A stretch of DNA of 63,986 nucleotides, from positions 11,266 through 75,251 of the forward strand of contig NMRA01000737.1 of assembly GCA_002633005.1 (NCBI GenBank), read 5' to 3'. A program made the translations under genes and the position numbers. Position 1 is the first letter of the stretch; each line of letters opens with the position of its first letter. Under the pieces are notes generated by a model. It made no database searches, was not told the origin of the DNA, and was given only the letters and a program-made list of their open reading frames with translations. Positions 13,301-28,300 of this stretch are shown in pieces. The stretch comes from Phoronis australis. Lineage: Eukaryota; Animalia; Phoronida.

Positions 13301-16300
13301 GCATGATATGACTTGTGTAGTGGTCCAAAGGGAAATTACGTCACTTACCTCAAAGTTTGTCTCAAAATATTCCTTAGTATGCCATGAAATGGCTATCTTT
13401 GGTGTCATGGAGAATATCCAGATGAGAGCTTCCAGTGAACTTCAAAACCAGATGATACCAAGGCAAGCAGTATGATGGGCTGAGTTCTTAACACATAGTT
13501 ACTAAGCAGTATGATGGGCTCAGCTCTAAACACAAGCTCATGTTTACTAAGCAGTACGTGACTGTGGAACAGATGTTCTGCTTTAACGATAACATCCTGT
13601 GCGTCACCATCTTTGAAAACATAATTCTGGTTTATGTTTTTGGTGGTGCCCTTAGCTTTGGTGTTTTGATGCGACCAGTTTGCTCGACTGTTTCTAATTA
13701 TATGAAGTTTTGGTGGATTGATTGGAGGTCATTGGTTGTTTCATCAGCATGACTTTCTGCGGCTATTATTGAAGTTTGATACCTTGGATTGAAATGGTTA
13801 GCACTGTGTGGGATTCAGAGACATAATGTTTGACCAATGCTTTTTTGTGCACCATTTGTGTGACCATTTGTAAAATTATCACTTTTCGCTATTCAATATG
13901 TTTTTTAAGACATGGCCATTGCCGTCGGCACGTCTCACAACAGTACAGACATGATAGACTGGTATGTGCTGCCCCCTTACCGCCGAACCTGGAAGTACCA
14001 TTTCCTGGAGAAAAACTTAACAGCAGGTGTAAAGTACTTTGCCACGCTTCGTGTGAAGAACCTTGTCGGCCATGATATCTCCTTGTCTGATGAGGTGGTC
14101 TATGTCATTGAACCACCAACATCTGGTCAGGTAATTTAGGAGCTTGTTATAATTGTATATTAAAATTCTAATATTATATTAAATGTTTTACTTTAAAAAC
14201 TATGCTTTCAACATGGTTTTGAATTGATTAATTTCATTACGAAATAATAGTTTGAAATTGAACTTGGTGAGTAATGTTTTAAGTTGAAAAAAGTTGAAAT
14301 TAATAAGTAATTTTAATTTTTTCAATGCTCTTAACTTTCTAGTAGTTGTTGGTTTGATTAGCTGCACATGTGATTTCAGTGGATTTATTTATAACTAAAG
14401 TTCAACTTGGTAGATGATGCCCTGATCTTATTATATTTAGAGCACAAAGACGACAATGTTTGAATTATTTTTGATAGTTAAATAATATTATTCCCTTTCA
14501 GGTCAAAATTGTTACTCCATCCGAGTTCCCACTGTCGCCCAACTCACCTGACATTGTGTGCCAGATTTCACAGACATTTGTTGACCTTGAGTGGGACGCG
14601 TTCACTGACGGTACCTTGCTTGATAGGTAACTATGTTATTGATGTGTTTTGCACATGCTTGTTCTGTGTGTAGTTTTTGGTTGAAAGTGCAGTGTACGTG
14701 CGCTTGATAGGTGACTGTTACTGGCATGTTTTACACAGTTGTTCTGTATGTAGTTCTTGGTTGAAAGTGCAGTGTACGTGCGCTTGATAGGTGACTGTTA
14801 CTGGCATGTTTTACACAGTTGTTCTGTATGTAGTTCTTGGTTGAAAGTGTAGTGTACAACTGCTTTATAGGTGTGTTACTGGCGTGTTTTACACATGTTT
14901 GTTCTGTGTGTAGTTCTTAATTGAAAGTGCATTGTATGTCTGGCATGTCTTCAAGCAAAGTGCCCGGTTGCTCTGTGCCTCCTTACAACCAACATTGTAT
15001 TGACTTGACCAAGGCAGCAGGTTACAACTCTGTCCCTCCATACAACCAACATTGTATTGACTTGACCAAGGCAGCAGGTTACAACTCTGTCCCTCCATAC
15101 AACCAACATTGTATTGACTTGACCAAGGCAGCAGGTTACAACTCTGTCCCTCCATACAACCAACATGGTATTGACTTGACCAAGGCAGCAGGTTACAACT
15201 CTGTCCCTCCATACAACCAACATTGTATTTACTTGACCAAGGCAGCAGGTTACAACTCTCATAAGGTTGTGTATGATCAAGTTCCCGGTTGCATGAAACA
15301 GTCCCAAATAGGGACCCAACTAAGTTCCCTAAATTTACTGCGTATTTTTGAACTTGTGAAAACAGCGATTGGCCTTTCTTGTGTTTTGCTAGTTTCATTA
15401 CTAAGTCAATTTTTGGTTTTGTTACAAATTGAGAGTGAACTTGACGTAATTCTCAATATTATCAAAAGTCTATAGGAAATGTTTGCTTGCACCGCCCCTA
15501 ACATAAGGACTAAGTTCTATTTATTTGGAGAAAATTCATTGAATTCAAGGCGCAGGCTTTAGTTAGTGTGTCAGTTGTAAATTTCAATATTCAAAGAGGA
15601 GTTCATAATAATTATGAAATGATAGAAAAAGATTACATTCTGTGAATAAACTAGAATATGACACAAACAGGCAAAAGATTTTTAGAACTTAGTTGAGTCC
15701 CTATTTGGGATTGTTTCATGCAGCCCGGTACAGAATGCTATATCTCAGAAGTGAGTGATAAGATTCACATGAAGCTGACAGATGATATGCATTTAACTGT
15801 TCCCAAAAAACTGTTAGGGATTGATTTTCAAATGTTCCACACTTGCATGAAATACTATCAAAAATTGGGTTTTTTGATGATTTTCGGAAAAAAAGAAGTT
15901 GAATGAAACAAAAATGACACTTGAGAAACCAATTATTGAGATTTCATCCTGAACATTTGTTATATCAAAATAATTTTAGTCAAAGACATGCTTGTTATTG
16001 ATACCATTGGTTTGGTATCTAAACGTTACTAACAAGACAAGGTCCCATGATTCAATGGCAGACAAAAATCAACAATTAGTGTTGTATGCTTAGAAAATAC
16101 ATTTATTGACCAGTAGACGAACTTTTAATTTGTAAATTTTTGGATAATAAAATACAAACTTTTAGGTCATGCATTACCAAAGCTATTTGTAGATGAAAAA
16201 TTAAAGAAAGTTAATATCAAGAGGGTGTCATTTTGTGTATCAATTATTTCTACCGTACTTTTGAAATTATGCCAGATGTTGGACAAAAAGAATTAAAAGT

Positions 16301-19300
16301 AAAGATATGAATTAAGTTTGCTTTCTGTTTTCCATCTAGGTATGAGGTAGCTTTGGGCACTGCTCAGTCATCAACCTTCATTCAACAGTTTAAGTCCGTT
16401 GGTCTAGTAACATCCTACACGATCACAGGACTCAATTTAGCAGCTGGTAAGGAGTTTAAAGAATTTTGGAACTTGCGGGTCTCAAGCTAATTTCAAACTT
16501 CAATCTCTACAGTTCATAGTTTTTAAGGAAATAGATGTCGAAATTCATCTGGCTTTGTCAATGTTATGGCTAAAACCCACTTGATTATTTGAAGATTAAC
16601 AGAAAATGTTTACTTCAAAATGTCGCTTATTTCCAACAAGAAGAATCCCAGGCCGTATGCTACACTGCACCTACTTTGGGGGTATCTTATGTTGTCATGA
16701 TGAAATATAGTTATGGTCATAATGCTGTGGCAAAATCCCTGCTGTGTTTTGTGGCATTTACAATATGTTTGTCTGAAGAATAGTATTTGGAAACTATTTT
16801 TCGTACAGGTACGTCCATCAGAGCCACAGTTAGGGCAATCAATAAAGCTGGCCTGTTCAACTCCGCTGTTTCACAGTTTGTCCTGATTAGTCCTGACCTC
16901 GAGGTCACAGTTCATGACCTTAAGCCCAATAGCACAGCAACCGATGTGGATTTCCAGGAGGAGGAAACTCAGTTGCAGGGACGTTATGAGATTGCCAATG
17001 GTGCCATCCTCACCAAAGCTGAATGGGCCATCTACAGGGCAGATGGTAAGTTTGACACATTCAATGACTTGGCCATTAGTACAGGCTCTAAAACTTAATT
17101 GTCAACACTTCAAATAACCTATGAGTGGATTTTAAAAATGCTAGAATCAGAAGAAGCCTGTTTTGTTCAGCAGTAAGTTAAAGAAATTTGCTGCCACGAT
17201 ACTCAAGTTCAGAGGATTTTGTTTTACTTTTTCAGATCTGGTGATTCAAAATTTCACCTCTATTCCAATTGACAACCCTTTCTTCATGAATGACCAACTT
17301 GTCTTGGAGAACCGTAAAATGTACTTCAGCGTGATACGCGTCACTGACATTCTTGGACGGACTGTGCTGGCAGCCTCTGATGGTGTCACTCTCAACAAGT
17401 ATCCTCCCAAACCCGGAGAGGTTCGCGATGGGCCATACAAAGACAGAGATCTCAATTTCTACGAGCCCTACACGTACTTGGAGTGCAACTGGGATGAGTT
17501 TGGGGAGCCTGGCTCTTTGGATCCCTCTAAGGTGATCTCTCACTATATAGTTGGCTTAGGCAATGACCGTTCAACAGAGGTCACTAGAACCAATATCCAC
17601 TGGTATGTCGATGTCGGTAAAAACCTTAGTTATACTTTCATCAATATCAACCTGACAAAAGTTGAAGTTGTTTATTACTGTGCTGTTCGTGCCTATTCTA
17701 TGAGTGGTTCATTCTCAGATGGCTACTCCAACGGTATCGCTGTGGGTTACGAGTACGACATGGGCCCAGGTGGCGTCTCGGTTGATAGGTACTGGTCAAG
17801 GAATACTACACTGGCAGTTTCATGGGAACAGTTCGGTGAAACCTTTGCTAACATAAACTACCAAGTTGCCCTATCAACTAAGGGTGTAGCTGCACGAGTG
17901 ACCTCTATGACTGGATGCAGGAACTACGCTGACATGTCACATAACATAATCAATGACATGTCATTTGATGTACTCAACTGGACAGATGTCAAAACAGACA
18001 CTATGGTCACCCTGACAAAGCTGTCACTACAACACAATACATATTACTATCCCATTGTGAAAGCCATCAACGAGGCAGACCATTGCTACACAGAAGTCGG
18101 AGAGCCCGTACTGATTGACTTGACAGAACCAGTCTTTGGTGAAATTGATATTGGCAACATCTACAACGATGCAGTTTTCTTCTCCACAAAGGAAAACTTG
18201 CTTGTCAAATGGCGTGGCTGGCGTGATGATGAGTCGGGCATAGACTTCTATAACGTCTTCTTAACACGGGACACTTGTGACCACAAGACCCTGGTAGCCT
18301 CCAACCTGGTTCCCCTGTTTACCTCCGCAAGAATTGCTGCCAACGAAACCAGCATCTTTTTCCAGCCAGTTGACCTGCAATTCAACACGGTCCTCTATGT
18401 TCTGCTGAGAGCTACAAACAAGGCCAGAATGCAGTCTGAGTTTGTGGTGACCTTCCCTGGATTTCTGGATGACACTGCCCCAGGTATAAGAATGCAGTTG
18501 TTCTGGGTAGTTTAGGTTGCAGATGGCTGCATTGAGTCATTGTCTATTAGTTTTGATTATCTCAAAGTTTGCCATGTGACCCACTTTACAATTGTTATGT
18601 TTGTTGACAGAGTGACAGAATATTTGTTGATTGTCCAATAAGATACCTTAATTAACAAGGTGAATATAACTGATCTCAATTTATTCCTTGTTCATACAAG
18701 AAGTGACTTCTGGGTTTGTTAATTGTTTATTATTATCATGCTGGGCACATAAAATGACACACTGTGACAAGCCAAGTTGTTTTTTATGAAGTAAGGTGTT
18801 TTGATGGTCACAATAAAAACTAATGTAGGCAACATGGGAGCATCGACTTTTTCTTAATTGCCATTGACACTGATTGCTTTGTTTGCAGGCATTGGTACAA
18901 TTGTTGATGGCGATAACTGGTACAAGGACGTTTTCTACACTTCATCTGTTAACGAACTGGTAGTTACCATGGCGATTGCCAATTACAAGGAGCAGGTATG
19001 TTGATCTGTATTATGTAGTAAATCAGAGATTTTGCTAACTTTTTGTTTCTAGCATTTCAATAGATCTGTTTCAATGTTTTTGTTTGCAGGCTCCTCTGAT
19101 GCGTGAAGCATGATGTACATTCTGATAAACTCATATCATTGAGATCATAAAGCTTCTCAGTGTGTGTTTTCATAGTAATCCTGTCCCAGTGTGTCGTGGA
19201 CACATCAATCTGAGATTCTCGTGAATTGACCTTGAGGAGGTGCTGAAGTTTGTTATGTAACACAATTAGTTTTCATACTATGGATATTCATGTGCTCCAT

Positions 19301-22300
19301 TGAAACACGAGACGAGGTGAAAAGGATTCCTTTTGGAGCAGATGAACGTACCTATTCTGATGCCGCTGCGCGCCGTTTCGTCCTAGTCTCACGGACTTGT
19401 TTCACCACCAGGTGCGCCCTCTGTGGTCCAATTGAAAACAGCTACATGGGAATCCCTTATTGGGAAACCCCTCTAGTACACTCAGAGTGCACAGTGGAAA
19501 AATATGAGGATCTCTGTCAGGGTGAAGACAAATTAGAGAAAAATTGTCTGCGCACTTGTATTCATAAATAACTTTGCATCTTTCAAGAGGATTGGATGCA
19601 ATCCTTAACAGACAGAAGGATGACTCGGATGGTCTTGAAAGGTTTAGGATATGCTTTTATGTTATGTTATGCTTGCTGTAGATAGCCTGTATGCGTTCCG
19701 ATATGCACCTCTCGTATGAACACGGGAAACTTCACAACAGACTCATAGGTTTTGTGCGAATTTGGTGAGATCACATAACGTTTAACATAATTAGTGGTTT
19801 TTGAGTGAGAGGCGAGTGTTTTAAAGGGCCTGTACAATGAGTCGTTTACTGTCTAAGACACGGGCCTGGAATCTCACCTTTGTACTCAAAAGGAAATCGA
19901 AATTATTTTGGCAATTTCTGTGCTACTTTAGAGCGAACTCAAGATAAGTGGTTATTAGACTGTGCTCAAATACATTATAGTTTATGCCTAAGAGTTTCTA
20001 GTCCAAGTTTGTACTTGATGACCCTGATACCCGTGCTACAAACTCGATGATTAAAAATTTGATATTTTGAGTTCTAACTCGAACTTTTAGGCTTAATGTT
20101 AGGTGATCAACTGCAAACTAGGACTAGCATGTAAGTCATTATGTACTTGAGCATAGAATAATAGACACTTATCTTGAGTTCACACAAAAGTAGAGTAGAA
20201 AATGCCAAACATAATTTCAATTTCCATTTCGAATAAAAACATTTAGAACCCGGGCCTCGATTAGAGTAGGCTACAAACTGCCACTGATTGGTTGGTGAGG
20301 CTGGACTGTTATGAAGAAAATTTTATGGTTTTCTCCAAATTCGTGCTACATCACAGTGTGCAGTGCTGATCTGGCACATGTTTTGTGCTACAGCACTGTG
20401 TGCAGTACTGATGGCACATGTGTGGTGCTACAGCACTGTGTGCAGTACTGATGGCATGTGTGGTGCTACAGCACTGTGTGCTGTGCTGATGTCACATGTG
20501 TGGTGCTACATCACTGCGTGCAGTGCTCATGGCACATATGTGGTGCTACGTCACTGTGTGCTGTGCTGATGGCACATGTGTGGTGCTACGTCACTGTGTG
20601 CAGTGCTGATGTCACATGTGTGGTGCTACGTCACTGTGTGCTGTGCTGATGTCACATGTGTGGTGCTACGTCACTGTGTGCAGTGCTGATGGCACATGTT
20701 GGAAATGTTGCATGATAACCATGTGGTCCACACACTCGCAACATACTCATTATTCTGGTTTCCACCAATACTAATGATAACATTTCAATCTACATTCTGT
20801 CTTCTTGCAGCTTGAAAAGCATGAGAATCAGGATGCGATAAGAAAATTTCGAGCTCAGAACCTTGCTAGCCCCACCTGGTGGTGATATTTTGAGATTCTG
20901 TAGCTTCTAGAAGTTATCGAAACATTACAAAATCTTGATTGCATCAGAGAACTTAACAAAATATTAATATCTGTTTCAGCTGGACTGTCCTAATAGTAAA
21001 GCCCTGGATGTTGTCTCATGGAAGCCTGTCATTGGTCGAGAGCAGTTCCTTGTAGATGGAGACCCTCGTACACTGGCCTTCTTCTACTCCGCCGATAACG
21101 CCTTGCTGTCGGTTGCAAATGCCAAATCAAAGGTTTTGAAGTGTCAACAAGACAACAAAAAGAATTTCATGAAGTGTGCAGGTTTGTCATCATTGTACCA
21201 ACGCAGTGTGCTTCCATCCATTCTTTGTCACTAATTTGAATGTCTGATGTGTCTGTAGTAGTTTAAAGAAAATGCCAGACAAACAGTTCTTGAAATATCT
21301 GATACTATTATCCTTGTTTAGTGTTTGATACTTTGTGATAAAATTCAATTTTAAGAATTATTTCATAATATGCTGAGTTGTTGACAAAGGAGTCTCTAAA
21401 TTAATCCATCTATTGGATAATATTTACGCTTTTTATCTTAATTGTCTCATTGAGAAAGCTTGATCATAAATGGCTTGGACATATGAATTGAATGGAAAAT
21501 GTTTTGCATATTAAATAATTAAAACAACTTGATGGTGTATGCTGAATTACTCTTACTACTGTTTTAGGCATCTACGGAGAGGCAGAAACAATCATTGAGG
21601 GCAAGTACAGCGTCACCATGCAGATTGCTGCCGGTGACAAGGTGATGACAACCTTCGCCATGACGGAGGAAGTTCTTGATGAGCCTGATGTGGGCGTGGC
21701 ACCAACAGTCGAGGATGAGAAGACAGCATCGGAAATTCTGGCAGAGGGCGCTCCTTATGTGGTCCCTACGTTGCCACCGAAGAAGACAACTGTGAGTGTG
21801 GGTTAATGAAAATCATTCCTCTGTTCATGATTTCTATCTTTCCACCTGTCACAATTTGTGTGGTTAATGTGATGTGTGTGCCATAGACAAGACATTTCCA
21901 CAGACAGCTAGACAAACTGCCATTTTCCCATCACTACAATTAATTATTTTCAACTAAAATGATGTGAATACTTTGTCATTAAAGCAACATTCTGTGGTCA
22001 GTTATGGCATTTACACTTTGCTTGACTTTCCTGTGAGCTCTTCATCATTCATCATCATGACATATGGCTGCTACATGTATGATGATAAATACCTAACGAA
22101 ACCAAAAAAGTCATAAGTTGGCGGTCCTGCTTGTGTCGGGAACCATTAATATTTTAACTTTGTATCCAACAGAAGGCTGACTGCTGTCAAAACAAAAACA
22201 TATTGTTGGATTGTGTGGTTTGGCGCATCCGTGTCTTTAGCTTTAGGAGTTTCGTGGTGTATTTTTCATTAATAATTTTAAAGTTAAACTAAACTCACTT

Positions 22301-25300
22301 GAAGCTGACTATTACCTTCCATTGTTCAAGAAAAGTTCAATAAGAGAGAGAAGGTTTGTTGAGGGACAGTTTAAATATATCAAAGAGCTCTACAAAAATG
22401 TATGTTTCATTTAGCTGACTGTAATGAAACTTTAAGGGTATTCAGCCAGAAAACAAGTCTTACATAGATGGCGTTGTTGTCACCACAGGGTCCACCTTGT
22501 AACTGCTCCACTACCACCGCTGTACCCACTACGACCATTGTCATGGAAACAACCACGGTGGCAGCTGTCAAAACTACTGGTAACAGTTCAAGTAATGGAA
22601 CCTCAGCACCAGTCCGGTCATCTGTGCCTAATTACAAGAGTGGATTTGGCTTGACCTTCTTTGGTGAGATTGACCTCAAGTTGTTGTTTAGCAATGATGA
22701 ACGCTTTTTGATGTTTAGCACACAAAGTCATGCACATTGAGGTTGCTTTGTATCAAAGACTCTCAACAAAGACTAATGTTGAGGAAATCCTGTCTTCATT
22801 GTAAGCAAGATCTGTATTGAATGGCTGTCACAAAACAATGTTTTTTTTTAAAATATTTGTCTAATGAGTTTAACAAAAAGTAAAAGCAGCCTTTGAAACA
22901 TAGGAAAGTTGTGATTTTGGCATTTTTTGTGCGCTTAATTGTACAAAGACTGTGACATCCGCTTTTAATTGTTGATAGCGGCTACAAATTAAAGCTAACT
23001 ATGGATTGTTTGATCATCTTCCCTACCAAAAGTTATAGGTCAACCGTACTCTTTTATGGGCTGCTTCTACCTGATATGCCAACTTACTCAAACTGAATGC
23101 TAGATGTTTTCATCATACAAACATGGCCACTACATTGACGTTGAAGTTTCAAATTAAAGCTGGTGTAAATTCTACCTTCCATCAAAGGAACACAATTTTG
23201 ACTCCAACGACCTGCTGAATATAAGACTGGTCTCAATTTGTGCCTTGCTTTTTAGGACAAATGATACCTGGGCTTAGATTGAACTGACAGTTTGTTGTTG
23301 CATTAGACTAGTATTGACACTTTAGCTGCCTTGACCACTTCCTGTTCTTAAGCAATAAGTCGGTCCATGAGATGAGTTCTTTTCAAGCTCAAAAACCACC
23401 TCTAGTTTGATTAAGGACCTCGTTGAGACCAATTTCACAATTGGTTATTGGTAAAAATCAAAAGTAGGCTTTTGATGGAAAGTGTATGATGGTAGCATAC
23501 ACACTTTGATCACTAAGTTTTGTACCCAACATTCAGTTCAAAGCATGTGTTTCCATAAATTTTAGTTCATTATACAACTCCTGATTGTCTCAAGACATTA
23601 TATAAGCCTTGTCTGAGCAACAATCATGAAACTCAAGACCTAATAGTCTGAGTATTCAAGACAACATCACTGATATCATTATTGAGTGTAAGATAGTCAT
23701 GCAATAACACTCTTGTTAGCTATATTTACCTGCAGTCTCATTACGGTGTTTTCCAGTTGCTCCCAACTTGTTCGATTCTGTAGCCCAACAACAAGTTGGG
23801 AAGTTTACCCCTGTAGCCAATATCTTATGCGACTGATTAACTCCATTCCAGTATATATGATTGGAGGGCCAGCTCTCTTTTGTTCGATAATTGCTCTAAT
23901 CTCCAATAAGATCATATCTACGCTGACTGGGTTGTGCTGTTAAAAATAAAAGTTAAGTTATAACAACTTTGAGCATAAATCAATAGCATTTCTGCGATCT
24001 TCATCAAATGGTAATCATGTTTTAGTTTTTGAATCACCAAAATTGCCGAATACACCAATTCACTCTGAGTTTGACTTTGTTCACATATGGTCTGTGATAA
24101 GCCTGGTAGATAATTGGCCTGCTTATTGTCGTAGCAGACAAAAGAGGGCGCTTGGCAGTTGTAGAAGCTAGATGTTATCACACCCTCAGAACCCCCAATG
24201 TCTGGTAAAGTCACTGAACACCAAAACGCTGTCATGTTTTGTCAGCTGTGTTTGCTGTCCTCTGCATTTAAGGGTATTATTGACTAAAAGGTGTTTGATT
24301 GAGGTCTCTTAATTCAATAGGTAAAAACTGATCACTTCTGCCCTGATGAGTTCCTGAGTACTGGTTCTAATCTGTGCACAACCAATCATTTTATTCCAGG
24401 TTACCAACATGGAAACCGAACTAAAGTCTGGTTCGCTAAGTTGTGGGCACGTGACTTTGAGGTAGCGAAATACGAGTGGGCCAAGCTGATCAGTGACCCT
24501 ACAAGGTCAGAGGTCACCTATTCTATCCACGTCTATCGTGACATTGATGACCCCAAAGGTGAAGGTTGGAAAATGACCCTCCTCGAGAATGGTGAAGAAT
24601 CCGTCACACTGACTGGTAAACATTTGTATATTAATTAATATGAAGTGGTTACATGAGGGAAATGAGCAAGTTTGTCTTACAAACCTCTGGGTTTCTAGAT
24701 AATCTATGCAATACAATGATATCTGGGTCTGTTTCTTAAAAATTGACTGAATACTTAAGTCAGAAAGGAGGTCTTAAGCTCCGCTCGACTGTTTCATAAA
24801 AGTCGTTTTTACTAAATTCACAAATGATCTGAGAGTATAGCTATAACAGTACTTACTAAGTGTTAACCTGTGATGTGCTTTCATTATGCCCTCCCTTCTA
24901 TTCAAAATTCACCAACATTTTTTAGGGGTATTGATGTTATCATTTTCTGAAAGGAGAAAGATCTAAGAAATTCTAAAAATGTGCTTCTTGCTACTCTTGT
25001 CTTCATTATTGGAACATGACCGCATTTTAGGTCAAATTTTCATTTGCAAGAAAGGTACATTTCCTAGCAAAACAACCCCCAGCCGATTTTACTAAAACTT
25101 TTTTTAAATGGGATTGAATACTTTACATTATGAGTCAAAACTGCTGTTATTATTCACCAAGTTCGGGTTTTATGCCAAATTTACTCTCAAAACATGAGGC
25201 ATTTTTGAAAAAAAAAAAAACAGCAATCTTATTTGTATATCACTTATCATGTGAAAACTAGGCATTTTAAAGCAAAATCCTAACATTGTGTTTGAGTTAT

Positions 25301-28300
25301 AACCTAAAGTTCTCATGTAGAAAAAATTTAGTAACATGCACATGAAAATTTGACTTGAAACATGTTTTCACATGACAATAACAAACTTAGATACAATCTA
25401 TAGTAACAATCATATTTTTAGAATCCTTAGTCGTTGTCCATTCAGAAATAATTGTTAAATAGATGACAAAACATCCATATTTGACTTAGACTTCAGGTCA
25501 TCATGTTAGATAACCTTAAGACTCCCCAGGGTGTTGTGATTGTCACTGACAGTCATTTCTAATGCCTAACGTCTAAACAAGAGAAAACAGTGACAAACTC
25601 CAGGTACTGTGCAATGCAACTGGTAAAAAGGCAACAACGTAATTTGACTCATGGCATTGCCTTCAACTGGCTAAACTGTTCAGCTGGCTGAATGCGTTAA
25701 CTGACTAGTATTTAAATGCCTTGAATTGGCAAAACACCATCAACTGACTAAAGGCGTTCACCTGGCTAAACGCACTCAACCAGCAAATGCTTTCAACTGT
25801 CAAGACGTGTTCAACTAGCAAGAAGCGTTTCGACTAGCAAGACGCGTTCAACTGGCAAGACGCGTTCAACTGACAAGACTCGTTCAACTGGCAAGACGCG
25901 TTCAAATGGCAAGATGCATTCAACTGGCTATTCAACTTGGGGCTTGGGAAATGGTGATGTAGCACCTGTCCTAACGATTCAGTAACTGGAAGTCAGAGGC
26001 TATTAAGACCAAATTTCTGACTTGTTTTATGAGTGTCAATTGACGTCACGAAACAGACACGGGAAGACATAAGGAAATAATCACCACTGTGTTGTATATT
26101 TGCATTAGGTTGTCATGAGTTCATTTGTTTTATTAATTGTTGGTTGAGAATCAATCTAGTAGTATATTTGATGTACCTTAAAAGTTTAAGTTTTATTTTT
26201 CTATAACCATAAGTCACTCTTTTGGTATATCCTGTAAGCTGGAAGTTAGCAAAAGACTTATCAAGCTCACTTGCGCTGTCTTTGCTTAAAATGCTCAAAT
26301 TACCCCCATATCTCTCGTATGTTTACCTATCATAGTGGATCATGGTATTGCTCCTCATTGAGTTTCACTCAGTCAACATTTATGGTGTCAAGTTTTCCCA
26401 GCAAATTTATGGTCAAGAAAGAAACCGGAGACGATTAACTGCTGTCCCACTGAGGGATCGGACTGTATATTATTGATTTATATGATTTGATAAATGGAGG
26501 AATGGTGGCAGTCTGAGGGATCGGGCTGTATATTAAGTGATATAGTATATGGTGCGATAAATGGGGGCAGTCTTATGAATGAACACAATAATCACATTCA
26601 AATTATAATTGACTTATTTATATGTACTTGACTGTGTGGTATAGTTTCGACTATTTTGTTTTTATCCTAGGTGTGCGTCCTCCAAAGAGAGCTCACCCAG
26701 TTGTCCATACATGGATGAAAGACAAGTTCATGCCTAGGAAGGTTAATCCGTTCTCCATTTTCGAGACATCTACGCTTGTGAGTGACATGTCTGTGCCCTT
26801 ACTTAAAACTCGTCCTTGTCATTATGGAAAGCCATTCTACGACTTTGAAAGTCACATCGGCAAGATTTACTTGGGTGTCAGTGACAGCAACCAGATGAAT
26901 GCCACAGCTAATGTTGTCAACTTCACTCTTGTTAACGAGACGTGTCTGGGCTGTTACAGTGAGTGTGACTTTAACTGTAACCCCAACTGTACAGACACTA
27001 ACAAGACTGATATTACACCAATCACATTCAGGTTGACGGGTCTGAATCTGTCTCCGGGTGCAGTTGCTAAGATGTCGGACAACAATGAAGTTTACCAACC
27101 CGCTGTCTATTTTGTGATTGTGAAAGTTGAGAGTCGGTCTGGTCTACATTCTAACGCCACCACTAACGGCATCACAGTTGATGTAACGCCACCTGTCATA
27201 CAGAACATGTCATGCTTAGATCCTGGATTTTCAATGGACAAGCCAACTTCGTTTTCAAGTATGTTGATGTGAAATCAATGTCTAATACTGTTATTTTGTA
27301 AGGCAGAGTAATATTAAATTATAAGCAGCTTAAATGATGCAACTGTTGAGCACTTTTCCTGAGACAAATTGAAACATTGTTTCGTCTTCCTTTACCACAG
27401 GAAAGAAATTTATAAACCACAGAGTGTTTTTCAGTCTAAAACTCAAAGTTCTGTCATTTTCGCTGTTGTTTTGGTATTTCAAGCTTGTAAGTGCCAACTG
27501 GCGTGTTCTGAAGGTTTGCTGAGCTCAAATTTGTGCCTATCATAGTCTTGTATCCATAGTGTAATGTGATTTCCATAAATAACACTTCCTAAAAGCTATG
27601 ACTTTTTAATTTGCACTTTTGCATGAACATTTCTATGAGTGAAAACGGTGAAGTTGTAGAAATGTACAAATTTCAAAACCATGCAAGATTTGTAAATTTT
27701 AGGGGAGGTTGCTTCCTGATTTTATTAAATGTCATACCCTTAATAGACATTGAAGTTTACTCTTAATGGAGTTTCTGGTGATACAACACTGAAGGCTTTC
27801 AATTTAATTGGTCATTCGGAAGCTTGAGAGTTTGGTTTGCCAAGTACGATTGACCTTGTTTATAGATAGCGAGATGTGCCATATAGGCAAAGGATTGAAG
27901 GATAGCGGTAATCCAAAGCATCAACCTTGCTAGACCTAGATATTAAATAGTTTTTTGAAATCACTTTATTTTGAAGTATTTCAAGCAGTCGGCCATTCAG
28001 TTTATCCCCAAAGGAGTAAACACTCAGGTAGCATCTTTCCAAAATCAATAACTAGTTTACAGAGAGGGTGATCCCCTGTGTATTGTGAGGTGATGACTTA
28101 CAGCATTGGTGTGTATTGTGAGGTGATGACTTACAGCATTGGTGTGTATTGTGAGGTAATGACTTACAGCATTGGTGTATATTGTGAGGTAATGACTTAC
28201 AGCATTGGTGTATATTGTGAGGTAATGACTTACAGCATTGTGTGTATTGTGAGGTAATGACTTACAGCATTTGTGTGTATTTTACGACTGGGCTAAAATA

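Noticed and set aside
14889-15475. Repeat ORFs of 122-184 aa on both strands
   Set aside because: Products of the 57-bp minisatellite; exons 8 and 9 already join in phase.
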